NCBI GenBank assembly: GCA_012026655.1
Contig: JAAILG010000785.1
Coordinates: forward strand, 1-64,000
DNA from: Hydrolagus affinis
Lineage: Eukaryota
Direction of reading: 5' to 3'
Length of the DNA: 64,000 nt
Shown here: piece by piece, positions 51,686 through 64,000 of the stretch
How the letters are laid out: each line of letters begins with the position of its first letter
How positions within the stretch are numbered: the stretch's first letter is position 1
Position numbers and translations under genes: made by a program
The notes under the pieces: model-generated
What the model was told of the DNA's origin: nothing
Seen by the model: the letters and a program-made list of their open reading frames with translations, nothing else
The model's database searches: none

Positions 51686-52042
51686 CAGGAAAAGCCTGTT
51701 TATCCATGACCCGATCAAATGGATTACTCGAACCCCTCCTAGGGTAATTCCCATTCCATCAATCGCGAGTATGCTCATGTGTCCGCATGGGCACTTATTA
51801 AACTTACGAACTTGGGTTTTTACCGATCAGTAAAAAATGCTGATTTACTGATCATTTTACTGAGTGTGCTGGAATCTTTATTGGTAAGTATCCATACAAT
51901 ATTCTGTTACTATTTAGTGTATTATTAATATGGCATGTTTTAAAACAAGTAAATTTTTTGTGTTGGGTTTTCGGCAACTTGCCACCCGATTATCCGGCAC
52001 AGTTGACCCCCCGGAGGGTGCCAGATAAACAGGCCTTTACTA
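51686..52042. mobile_element. Non-autonomous Tc1/pogo(Tigger)-type MITE
   Basis: Left end TA|CAGGAAAAGCCTGTTTATCCATGACCC versus right-end reverse complement TAGTAAAGGCCTGTTTATCTGGCACCC (imperfect ~27-bp TIRs). Confidence 0.7.
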
Positions 52043-52406
52043 TGATAAGAATTTCCAGCCTGTAATACCAGTTCACTAGTCTCTCACCCCCGAGAAAACA
52101 GAACAAATAAAATATATAAAAATTTATTGCTGTTGAAAATGGTGATTGGCTTATTTCCTTGGGGTACAGTGTTTTTTGAGAATGCTGCTTTGTATTAATT
52201 TGAGCACTCATTTGCCCCCAGGCAATTTCAACTTCATTGAATTTTAAAACATTTCTAATCAGCAAATTATGATTGCCAATAACCCTAATTTGTCCAAAAT
52301 TCATTCAATTTAACAACTTTACAAAGGTCTCAAGAGAGTACAGAACTTCCACCTCCCACTTCATCACATCGTTTGATACGAGGTCTAGTCAGCATCAAAC
52401 AGTGTG

Positions 52407-52482
52407 TTAACCCATGTTTTGGTTTTACACAGTGCACCAAAATCCTGTTACCCCATGTTTTTGTTTTACACAGTGCACCAAA
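52407..52482. repeat. Tandem duplication, ~41-bp unit x2
   Basis: CCCATGTTTTKGTTTTACACAGTGCACCAAA occurs twice. Confidence 0.85.
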
Positions 52483-54171
52483 TAACAACTGAAACATGTG
52501 GAAGAATGATTATAATTATATTAGAAATACTTCATTGTATTCAGTACAAGTGTTTATCTGTAGTTTGACGCCCAGATGATTGGTGTGAGTGAGCGCAATC
52601 ATTTTCATAGCAAATAATGATTCAACACCATGTTCAGTTCCACATCTTCTGTAACAAGGATGGAGTGACGAGGACAAAATGGATCTCTTACAGCTTGTTT
52701 CAGCTCCTCCGTAGTCTCATAGCACTATTTTGCAACAGGGGTAATAGGACTTTGTGGACAAGCTGTAGAAGGTCCTGAGGCAGATAGAGGAGCTAGCCAA
52801 CAGGTCTACAGGAAAAGAAAAGGGCCCAACGCTCCACAATCAGGCAATATAAGTAATTAAAATTTCTCTTTGCCACTGTTAACTGTAGGTGCAGCTTCTA
52901 TTAAACCTCAGTGGATTTGACAGCAACAAAACTGCTCACACACAGCTGTTAGATCTCAGTTGCTGGAGCAGTAATTTCACTGAAAATTACTTTCCTTTTT
53001 TCCCCCAAATCAATAGCAGCTTGCTGTTTGTCCCCTGTGATCTCTCTCCTTTCAACCACTAGAGTGCTATGGCACTATTATGGGAACGATTATAGGGAAT
53101 GGAACATTACAGCTCTCCAATGCACTAAACACTGAGCGACTTGTAAGCGGATGGATTGGATACTGTCGGGGTTCTTTGGCTGGCTCATGGCACAAAGGAA
53201 GTAAACAATTCTAATAATCCTTGCATTTGATATAGAACCTTACATCAAAGTGCTTTACAGAATATACAGTAAAGTTAATTTACTTCATTTTGTGGGTGAA
53301 ACACAGCAGTCAATTGCACAGATCCAGCCAGATCTGATCGCCACACGCATTCACCTTTCAGCAGGGCGATTCAAAGCAAGAAACCTGGCTAACTTTCCCT
53401 TCACTAACCACAAACCTAAACCTAACTCCTGAGCACAGATTGCTTGAACATTGAAGTCTATATCTTGGTGATACCTACTCGGCTATCAGAGAATCCTAAC
53501 ACTTTGTCTCAGAGGTTATGGTGTGTCACAAGTATAATCGAGGAATTCATCAATTCTACCCTGTGGCTGTCGTAGCAAGGTGTAGTGGATTCTGTGTTTT
53601 GTGAACTATACAAAATAACTATAGCTTTTGCAGCATGGATGCAGTGAGGTGGAATATATACAGCTTGCTTTCTCTGATTAGATGACCCACCAGGCAACAG
53701 AACTGTGTATTTTTAATGTTGTAAGGCTAGTCTGTGAGAAACTGCCTCCATGCAGACATGTTGCGGTGAATAATGTGTCAGTGAATGATCTGAGAAGCAC
53801 AGAGTCATTTAATTCACATGATGTACAATATAAGCTACATGCTGTGAGAGCCAGAAATGACAGCTGTTGATAAATCTATTGCAGTGATTTCTATTCCTAT
53901 TGTTTTCAATTTTAATTTTATTGAAGGTTAATGAATAGCACAGCTTATTTACAATCCAGCTCCCATTACACCAAGACCTTACTGAGTTCAGTATGATTAG
54001 TTCACATAAATTTGTTACAAAAGGAAACATTTCTGTAACAAGGTATAATGTTGATTCAGTGCTGGATATGTGTGTGTGTGAGAGAGAGAGACAGAGAGAG
54101 AGAACGATTGGTCACATTTCACTCTTCACTTCACTCTCTTGCTGATTAAGGTCAAACACAACCGAACTTAC

Positions 54172-54351
54172 CAGAAGCTTTAGGAGCCAGAACCTGGACT
54201 TGTAGTAGCAGGTTTTGGTGGGATTAATCAGGAACAATAACATGAAGCCGTACAGGGCGAGAGGGTTGACTTGCACTGGAATCGTGGGGAACGGGTTAAA
54301 CAAACAGAACAAAAGACTCAATCCCCACAGCACTCCTAGGAAGCCAGCAAT
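54172..54351 (-). CDS. XPR1: XPR1 exon 9
   Basis: [60 protein letters not shown]; 180 nt. Confidence 0.96.
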
Positions 54352-54587
54352 CTGAAAATAAATCAGAAGAAAAACTTCAGAAGAGCAACATTGGAGAGAA
54401 CATTGGGAAGAAGATCCTTTTCAAGTGATGTATTCTGTGTCTTGAGGTGATAAATTTATGGTGAACTTGGTATTCCCTTGGAGGGCTGATTATTAATGAC
54501 ACTCGGTCCAATATGCAGCTCAGAGCCACACAAGGGTTAACACTTTCAGTGCCTCGTAGCAGCTTGCTTAACCCTGAAGCGACTGAC

Positions 54588-54772
54588 CTCAAAGAGATGT
54601 TGATGGGACAAGTTGTTCCTGGGATTGAGTTCGAAGATCAGCACGTGGTTCACTCCGGCCTGCCGCCAACCGTAGGTATTGATGCCGAGCAGAAAGAGGA
54701 ACTCGATCAGGAGAAATCCACCTCGGTAAATACGCACCAAGGGCCAGTAGTCGGAAATATTTTGTCTAGCCA
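54588..54772 (-). CDS. XPR1: XPR1 exon 8
   Basis: [53 protein letters not shown]; 185 nt. Confidence 0.96.
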
Positions 54773-54900
54773 CTGCAGAGAGGTGGGAAAACACTGATTA
54801 TGAATGAGAAACATTGCAGGAATGGAAATGTTTCATCGGGAACTCAACAAGATAGCATTCATAAGATGGATGGTCACTGTAATGTAATGTAGCTGGCACC

Positions 54901-55030
54901 CCCGGGTCAGTGATATCACAGATTAGAGACAGAGTAAAGCTTCCTCTACACATCAATACTCCAAGGACAGCCATAGCACAGGTTAGAGACAGAGTAAAGC
55001 TCTCTCTGCACTGTCTGTCCAATACTCTAA
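54901..55030. repeat. 60-bp-period tandem repeat
   Basis: TTAGAGACAGAGTAAAGCT recurs exactly 60 nt apart; a related monomer lies at ~15240-15268. Confidence 0.8.
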
Positions 55031-55444
55031 GATCAAAACAACCCAACACACTATCCAGTTTCTCCTGAAACAGAAGCAGTGAACTTCTCTGATCAGTTTG
55101 TGGGTAAACACACTTTCTGGCTGGTACAGAACAATGCAGACCATGTTGTGCAGAGTGAGCTTGGTCAGTGTTGTCATCCAAGTGGTGCTGATGATGGATG
55201 CTGTCCAGCACCTCTATTGGAGACACTTAAACCAATGTACTCATCTCAGCAGAGGCAACTCAAACAACTGCTGTTTTGCAATGCATCGCTTCACACATCA
55301 GCACAGGGGGGAGTTTGGCACTGGGCTTGTGGGTTTTATATATATGTTTATATATAATATTTTTTAAAACTCATAAAACATACCCCATCCCCCCCACACC
55401 CAATTTGGAATGCTAATCCCCAGATGTGTATTTAGGGCCTATTT

Positions 55445-55860
55445 ATTATAATCCTTGCAATTGATCAAGCATCGTTTGAGAGTCTCAAAGCACTTCACAG
55501 GACTTTCTGTAGATTTACCTTATATTTTTGTAGAAAAAAACCAACAGCCAGTTTGCGCACAGTGCTGAGCGACAAATAGCCATAGAGTGAACAACCGATT
55601 TTATTTGGAGGAATTGTTGGCCAGGACACCAGAAGAGAGAAACTATGTTCGCTTTTCAAGTAGCACCGTGGGATCGTTAACATCCATCTGAATGAGCAGG
55701 TGGGACATTTGTTTAACCTCTCATCTTAAGGACAGCACATCCGACAATGCAACACATCCCCAGCTCTGCATTGGAATGTCAACTTGGTCAATATGATTCC
55801 AACGTGAGACTTGAACCCACAATCTTCTGACTCAGAGGCAAGAGTGCTACCAGAGCCAGG
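55445..55860 (-). mobile_element. Deu-domain SINE, near full length
   Basis: GGCCAGGACACC..GGGATCGTTAACATCCA..GACTTGAACCCACAATCTTCTGACTCAGAGGCAAGAGTGCTACC. Confidence 0.82.
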
Positions 55861-57145
55861 CTTGGAAATAACATTGTCCTCGTGTCCCCAATTATGCACC
55901 TGGAATGACAAGTTAACTGGGGATTGGTTAGAGGCTATTTCTAGAACCCACCTTGTTTCAAGTTGGTCATCTCTACACGAAAGTGCTGTAAATGTAGACG
56001 AGCTGACTGGTGATCGTGCCCCCTGATAACACTGTTATATGGTTACAACAACAACAACAACAAAATTACATTTGTATAGTGCCTTTCAAGTCAGGACGAC
56101 CCCAGCGTGGGTGAATACCCTTGATTGTCCGCCACCTTGGGACTTCCTTCACAGGTGAAAGGCTCTGTGTAAATGTAATTTGTTGTTGCTGGTTGCGATC
56201 TTATGGACCACAACTATATATGGTGTAGAGCTACTTATAGTGTACTGGTGACCTATGGAGGAGACCCATAATCATAGTACACCACAGGTTACGTCAGCCG
56301 GTCTTGAAAACTGCTTGGGCAGAGTGGGAAAGAAGAGTAACTATAACTAGAACAACCACCAGTTAGTTGACCACATGTACGTAGTTTCAGCATCATAATA
56401 AACTCCGTCTCAGTTGGTAACTTACTCTTTTTAAACAAAAATTGATCTCATAGAGAGCAGGGAGAGGCTGAATGCCCTGAATTTCCCAGCTTCTATTTTG
56501 GTTTCACTCAGGGACACTTTCCTTGAATAACTCCACCGAAAAAGTTTAATCATCGTATCTCTGACCAAAATCACAACCAGCATTTCGAGTTTGTAGATAA
56601 AAGTAGTCTCTAAGCTTCCGGTTTTTTTTAAAAGAGAAAATACGCAGCATATTTCAATAGATTTTAGTTTACAGCACTTCTGTCTTTCACACAGGGCAGT
56701 GTCTTGGAGCACTAAAGCGTCTGGGTACCCCGCGTGAGGGGTGCTATATAAATGCAAGTTGTTGTCGTCTCATGATCAATAGTGGAGCCCCATGGGAAAA
56801 GCAGAAAGCATACTGGTTTGGATTTACTGAACTTCGGGTTCAGTTATAATTGATTGTGTTTGGATAAATGTGGTTTTGATGGATTTCACATAATCAACAA
56901 CTATCCTCAATTCAAATTGAGGAAAATAAAAGTTTGTCCACAAATATACAGTCAATCCACGTTACAGTATAGTCCGTAAAGTTTTGAGATGTCTCAATGA
57001 CATAATAAGGCACTATATTAAATGCAAGGATCATTATTATGTTCAATCCCTGGGGTAGTATACCTAGGTGAATAGCAGCATATGTCATAGTCATTTCAAG
57101 TAGGTTAAGATGAGTTACACTTAATGGTGCACAGTCACACCTTAC

Positions 57146-57227
57146 CTTGATATATCAGAGCAACAATAAACACAACGAAAATTCCAAAGTACATCCCCAC
57201 CCTGAATGTGGTCCACGCTGGGGCTGG
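57146..57227 (-). CDS. XPR1: XPR1 exon 7 (TM1)
   Basis: PAPAWTTFRVGMYFGIFVVFIVALIYQ; 82 nt; TTTTACAG / AAG|GTAAGG. Confidence 0.95.
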
Positions 57228-57649
57228 CTGTAAAACAGACACCGGAGTTAGATTCTAACAGACATGATGAGAAAAGCACAAGGACATATACCTTAGTGAC
57301 CATGAGCTCACTGCTTTCTGAGGGCAAGGATGATGATTCTATTCTGTTCAACACATGCAAGAAGCCACTCACTGAACTCACAACAGACACATAGAAATAG
57401 CAGCAAAACAGACCATTCAGCCTAACTGTCCCTGCTGGAGTCTATACTCCACACAAGCCTCTATCCATCCTAATTCATCCTCTCTTCACCCCCCACCCAC
57501 ACACTCCTAAGCTTCTCCACAGATCCCTCTATTCGCTTCTCTTTCATGTATGCAACACGTTTCATCATAAATGTATTGATGTTTTCTGCTTCAACCACAT
57601 GCCACTGCTTCAACCGTGTGCCACAGTGAGTTCCACATTCTTACCACCA

Positions 57650-57865
57650 TCTGTCGCCTAATAATAATCCCTCCAAAAAAAACATAATAATAAAAATTGA
57701 TCATTTCAATCCACGACTGTTTGTGGGGACACTGCTGTGCACGATTGGCTGCTGCGTTTCGCCCACAAATCTACAGTCAATTCACTTTACGGTATATTCT
57801 GTGAAGCGCTTTGAAACGTCGATAAGATATGAAAAGTGCTATATCAAATGCAATTGTTATTATTA
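57650..57865 (+). mobile_element. 5'-truncated tRNA-derived SINE next to a minus-strand CR1 end (57390-57650)
   Basis: Body and tail match the family consensus seen elsewhere in the window. Confidence 0.8.
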
Positions 57866-58205
57866 AGTTCCACCTAAACTTGCTTTATTGTAATTGTATT
57901 GCCTCTTTATTGCTCCGAGACATTACCTGTGTGATAAGCGCCATATAGAAAGATGAAATTTGTTGCACTGCAATGTCAGTTGCAGGAAATGCTTGAAATG
58001 AATATTGTACAATCATTAAACCACTTCAACTGCTTGTGCGTCTAGGCCAATAACAGAACACAGCTCTGAATTTACAAGTAATTCACTTGTTCTGATTATC
58101 AGTACCAACATTGTTCTGTGTGGCTTGGCTTCACACTAAACATTTAACCACAGCCACCAATAAATAGAGAAGCCGCCGCTCTAAATTATTAGAAACACAA
58201 CTAAC

Positions 58206-58289
58206 CTGAGCAGCTCCGAGAGGCGGTACTCGCAACCTCTTCATAGCTTTCTGTCGGTCACCTTCTTCCAGCTCCATGGTGACAAGAGT
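58206..58289 (-). CDS. XPR1: XPR1 exon 6
   Basis: [28 protein letters not shown]; 84 nt. Confidence 0.96.
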
Positions 58290-58658
58290 CTAACAAGAAA
58301 TCATGCTGTTTAGAATCCAGATAGACATCGTGGTTGTAATGACAGAAACAAAATTACATTAAAATATAAATATAACCATCAGAATAAAGACAACTGAATC
58401 CAGGGCAACAATAAGTCACAGATGGACCCAGAGTCCCTTAAACTCACTCTTTCCCTCCCCTCTTACAAGATCCGCCTCAAGACCATCCTCTTTGACTGTG
58501 CTGCCGTCCATCTTTAGCCCTCCTCGCCCCACCACCCCCATCCCCTCAACCCAAACTTTGGTCTGTCCAGCACCTTGGAATATCCTCCTGATAAATGTAA
58601 ATTTGTTGCCATTGAGCCAGAGCTTCACACCCCAGATACAAGGCTGTATAGGACTTAC

Positions 58659-58808
58659 TTCGGTCTCAGTGATGAGTTGAGTGATTTTTTTGCAGGTGTA
58701 GAAGGGAGCCACCTCCACATGAGCCACTCTCCAGTCAGCCCCCCGGCTCGTCTCCAGCATCTTATCATGTTTCTTCAGGATCTTTCGGAAACCAGTGAAA
58801 TTCAGATT
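58659..58808 (-). CDS. XPR1: XPR1 exon 5 (end of SPX domain); exons 1-4 outside window
   Basis: [50 protein letters not shown]; 150 nt; the 11 exons sum to 1626 nt in frame. Confidence 0.97.
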
Positions 58809-61800
58809 CTGGAGAACAAAAAAAGGACACAAACTAGAACGTTCATTTTTAACATGTTGTGCAAGCTTTCATTTCTAATCTATCACTGGGGAGCGTACTG
58901 GGGCTACTCACAGGTTTAGTTTACACCATTAGCTTGCTGCTATGTAATGCACTCTGTCCTTTAATTCTTTACCCGTTTGCTTGATGCAAGACACCAGACC
59001 GACCGTACATGAAGCTTCTTCCTTCAGTCTTTGCTATAATGCCGCTAATTTTCAATACAAGTCAAACTCCTCCCTCGACTCCCTTTCCCTGCCAAATAAC
59101 ATCTGTTCCTGACTCCCCTCTGCCATGAGCCAAGTGTCTCCCCACCTCTATGTCCCTCCATGAAGCATGTCCATTGGACTGCTGCTCTATTAACAGCACA
59201 AGAACTGCTCTGTGTATCTGCTGCTTACTATCTAATGCCAAGCTTTTCCTTATCTGAACCATAACACAAAATACTTCCTCAGGGACTTGATCAGGAATCT
59301 CAAGTGGTTTCAATATACTAGCTCAGAAATAGCCTTGGTATTTTCATTCCTCATAGTTGGAGCCCATGATGTCCCACTGCAATTTCCTGTGAAATAATTT
59401 GAAGCTTAAAAATAATAAATATTTCCTTCTATCGTCTCGCTTCACATGTTAGGACATTCTTTCAAAGCTCTTCATAGGATTAACAGTAAAGTGTAGTGAC
59501 TATGTATATTATCGGTGAAAACGGGTCAACCAATTTACGAAGAGCAATGTCTCACAGACAGACAGACCTATTTAATCTAGGATATATTGACCTTCTCATT
59601 TCAAAATGGGATCTTTAACATCCACCTGAACAGAAAGATTATCAGTGTAACTTGTCATCCGAAGGACCTCCAACAGTACAGTGCTTCCCCAGCACTGCAA
59701 AGGGGTCACCGAAAAGCATTGTGGTCCCCCACTGAGGCTGTCAAAAAAGGTGTTTGAAAAGCACTGGTTAAGACTATGTTAGTCTAAAGTCTTAATGTAA
59801 GGCTTGAACCTACAACAAACAACAACAATTTGGATTTACATAGGGCCCTCCACACCAGACAGGTGCTGTTGTGAGGACAGAGGAGTTTACAGAGGTAGGG
59901 GGTGCAGAGGAGCGGAGGAATTTGAACACAAGAGTGAGAATCTTGAAATCGATCCGCTCTGAGACAGGAATCCAGTGAAGTCTGACAAGGAATGGGGTAA
60001 TCGGAGAGCAAAGTACCGTAATGCACAGACAGAAGAGTCCCACCAACTGAACCAGGCTGACACCAATTATAATGTTCATTATTATAGCACTTAGCTACAA
60101 AATAGTCACTACATATGGAAAATATGTGTTTGATATCCTCCTGACGTGGAAAGCCCTATGTCAATGCAACGATTTTTATAATAAAATCCTATCTCTTTGG
60201 CCAACGCACTTGATTTCTCTTTGCACTTCTCATTGCTCCTTACTGTCTCTGTCAAGGGCTTCAAGATGTTCATCCTTCATGACAAGGGCAAGTAATTGTT
60301 GTGGAAATTAAACTGCCAAACATTCTGCTGCATACATAACACTAAACTTAATTACTTTTCATTTTTAGTTTAGTATTATTGTCCAAGTAATGCCTTTTTA
60401 ATAATAGCTTTTAATAGGGGAGCCTGCAGAGGATTGATCTGCTGTTGAGTCTCAGTATCACGATTTTAATGCCTGCACTGTTCTTGCCGGCATTAAAATT
60501 CCAATAATAACACTTTGGAACACAGGAACCTCTAACCAGCTATTTCCAATCACACTGCTTCTCCATAATATGCTGCTGTTTTTTTTAAAGTGAAAATCCT
60601 TTCAGATGGAATGACAGCAACACTAACAGGAGCCTTTATACTCTTACATGCAACATCTCCCCGTGTCACAGAGATTAAGATCCTTAGGAGTGGTAATTTT
60701 TTCAAGTCTATAATGGGGGCATGAATGTGATTCATGTTCCGGAAAGAAAGAATTCTACAATACCTATACCGTAGAAATGTATCACGTTAGTAAACATGAA
60801 TGCTTTTGTAGGCAAATTCAGCAGACAGTTTGTTCACAGTAAAGTGCCACAATGAGGTGAATAACCAATTTATCAGCAGGATAGGTTACCCAGTCCAGTT
60901 AACTCTTCCTTCTTGCCCCCCTTTCTCCCTGATTTTGTCCCCCACCCACCTTTCCCTCCCTCTCTCCTTTGCCCCACCTTTCTCCCCACTCTTCCTCCCT
61001 GACCTTGCTCTACACCACCTTTCCCTCCCTCTCCCTCCCTCTCCCCCCTTGCCCTCTTTTCCCCCGTTCTCCCCTGGCCTCATTTCTGCGATTGTTTGTG
61101 AGACACTGCTGTGCGCAATTTGGCTGCTGCGTTTCGCCCACAAGTATACAGTTGGCTTTCCTGCTCTCCTTCCCCCTGCCCCGACCCCTCCCCTTGACAT
61201 CTTTTCCTCCCATTTCCCTTAATCCACTTCCATGACTGTTTGTGGGAAACTGCTATGCACACTTTGGCTGCCGCGTTTCACTCACAAATATAGTCAATTT
61301 TCCTACTCTTCTTCATCCTGCCCTGATCCCTCCCACCCTGCTCTTGTCCCTACCTAACTGTACTGCGCCTTGGGACGTCCTCCCGACGTGAAAAGTGTTA
61401 TATAAATGTAAGGATTGATTGGTTGATTGATTAATTGAAATTCCTTTATTAATATTATATATATATATATATACATTATATCCAAAAAGTGCCAGAGATG
61501 GGATCTAGTTTAACATCTTAAGCAAAAGGACTGGACTAGAGTGTTAGCCTAGACTGTGATTTCAAGAGATAGAATCCACAACCTTCTGTCCTCGGGGCGA
61601 GAGTTGCCAGCAAATGGAACCAGTCTGACCTGGGTAGTACTTTTCAAGCCATGTAAATGAAAAAACAATCTATATAATTGCTTGGTTTGCCGAATGTATT
61701 AAACGCAGATTGGGGAAGCTGAATCATATATGCCATTTAATATTCTAAATGTAGGGCTCTGCAGATCTGCACTGAATTGGCAAATAATCATAAAATGGAG

Positions 61801-62204
61801 GGCATACCAGCAATTGCGCTGAGCTCAGAGAAGGATCAGCAGTCAGACATTGAGAATGTCACAAACGTAAATAAATAGGATCTAGAAAATATATCAAATC
61901 AAAGCAATACCACTTCAGTGAGGTGAAATGGGCCACACTATCTAGGAGGGACTGCTTCACTGAGGCTGGTCAAATACCACTGAGTTTATCAAATTATTCT
62001 CAAAATCGGAAAGTGAATGTAAAGAGAATTTGCAGAAATTCGCCACAGAATTACTGACGTGCAGAAAAGCTGGAAGACAGAAAACAAAGGGACCACACTT
62101 CTCTTTGACTCAAGATGTGCATTGTCAGCGGTGTCATCATTTGGGTGCCATATTAAACTGAGGACTCATCCATCGCTGCCTGTTCAGGACCTTTGGGATC
62201 CCAT

Positions 62205-62515
62205 AAATAATAATCCTTGCATTTAGTATAGTGCCTTTTCACATCAGGAGAGCTTCTTAAGATTTTCACAGGATTTATTGCAATGGAATGAAAGACCAAT
62301 TTTATCTGAGAGATTGTTTCCTTTTCAAATAATCTCATGAGATTTTCAATGCGTGCTTGAACAGGCAAATGGCACCTTGGTTTAACATCTTGTCTGAAAG
62401 ACCGCAACTCCCCCATTGCTGCATTGGAGCGTTAACGTAGACATGTACCAAGCCTCGAAATGCGCCTGGAACCCACAAACTTGATGACTCAGAGTGAGTG
62501 GAGCCCGATGCCGGC
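62205..62515 (-). mobile_element. Deu-domain SINE
   Basis: TGAACAGGCAAATGGCACCTTGGTTTAACATCTTGTCTGAAAGAC core and GAACCCACAA..GACTCAGAG head. Confidence 0.75.
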
Positions 62516-64000
62516 CTCAAAACAGAGAGCAAGTCGTTTCTCCCAATGTTCTAGCCAATAATCGCTTTATTAAAACCGACCATTCCCTTTTCAGCAGTTT
62601 GTGGGTCTTTGCTGTGTGCATCAGATTTGATCCCAGGTTATTCTGCTTCCCCCACATCTGGTACCTGGCCAGGTTCGCTTTCCTCCACCTCCGCCTTCAG
62701 CCACCACACCCTGAACTATGGAACTCCTTCCCTCAATCTCTTCGCCTTGCCCCCTCTTTCCCCATTTTCAGGTTGAACAACTCCCTCTCTGGGATGCCGC
62801 TCGTTGTGGAGGGGGATATATAAATGCAAGTTGTTGATGTGGTTGTGTGCAAATTGGCCTACAAAAGACGGTCCCTACATTTCACAGTAAATGCTGTGCA
62901 GCATGGATTGGATGTTGCAGTAAATCTTGTGTAAATGCAAAGATTATTAATATGCTTAAGAGTGGAGCAATGTTCCCTCGACGCTGGCTCAGTATTTTAG
63001 TAATAATGATAATGTGTGGCAAACACACGAGTGAAGCAGAAGATGACCTTTTCAGGCTGAACTTGATTACCACTGCAGTGCTAGTCACTGCTGAACCAAA
63101 CACTCCAGTGATGTGAAACTTTTCTGTGCCATGTTTCAAACTCTCATAGGAAGAGGAGGAAGTCATTCATCCGTCCGAGCCTCTTCTGGCCCGGGGATGA
63201 ACATTTTGCTTTCCTTTTCCAACAACCTACTAAAGAATAGCTGAGGCGTGAAAGACGATTGACAGATAAAATGCGTCATTCACTTCATGTATATTTGTGG
63301 GAGATTGTTCTGTGCAAATTGGCTGCTACATTCACCTACAAATGCTGCGCTGTCACTGACCATCTGTACAGATGTTTACTGCAGCTCTCATGCTATCATG
63401 TTCAGTAACATCTCCCATTAGGTACCATGTTATTGACTGTATATGTAACAATAATATAATGTTTCTTGTAAAGTATTGTGCGCTTTCATGTTATTAAGAC
63501 TTCTCGAAGGGCTTCACAAGTGTTTACTGTGAAGTAGTGACTGTATTTGTAGTCAATGTTAAATGTACTAGGGTTAATCTAGCTCTTTCACACTGTGTCT
63601 CTAATGACATACAAAGAACAACAGATTTGGAGCAAAGATACAGTTGCCCTTCCTGTTGGGGGAAGTATTGTTTGTGACAGGTACTCACTAAAATTACAAA
63701 AGTTTACAATTCCACCATATAATATGGGTCAGCTTTGAACTTTCAGACAGACTACAAGAAATGTTTCACGTTCTATACATTTGAAACTCATTCCCATTCA
63801 ATTTGACATATCCAATTTGTTTAATGTGAAAAACATGTCTGACAAACATCAAATCATTATAATGCAGCCTTTGGCAAAAGCCAAGAGGCAGAAAATGTGC
63901 AAAATGGTATTTGTAGAACATAATTAAATCTGATAAACTTGAAACAGATTGTAAATGAAAATGAAAAATGAAAATTTAAAATCCCGGCATAACAATATAT

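Noticed and set aside
58810-64000. Search for XPR1 exon 4 (EKLAEAQRR..LLQNYQ)
   Set aside because: Not found; the region is intronic with SINE/L2 relics.

Overview
Vertebrate genomic DNA; the repeat content (tRNA-head SINEs, Deu-domain SINEs, L2/CR1 relics) suggests a cartilaginous fish, possibly a chimaera (inference). Two protein-coding genes face each other tail-to-tail. On the + strand is a complete 5-coding-exon NACC-family BTB/POZ-BEN transcription factor (2131-6532, 523 aa) behind a GC-box/NRF1/ZNF143 promoter. On the - strand are exons 5-15 (human numbering) of the phosphate exporter XPR1 (58808-20906); its first exons lie beyond the window. All coding splice junctions were read by hand and are GT-AG and in phase. 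The most unusual signal is in the gap between the genes: four copies of a conserved, covarying minus-strand stem-loop motif (ACUGAUGYCAA-N1-4-CUGACUUGU). Each sits 57-60 nt upstream of an acceptor-like AG, apparently one per intron of an unannotated spliced transcript. Also notable are the mosaic NACC1/NACC2 identity of the NACC gene beside XPR1, a 24-bp inverted repeat bracketing the NACC leader intron, and several templated-insertion or fold-back repair scars. One assembly gap (50868-51023). Comparisons with human proteins are from memory, not database searches; repeat boundaries are approximate.
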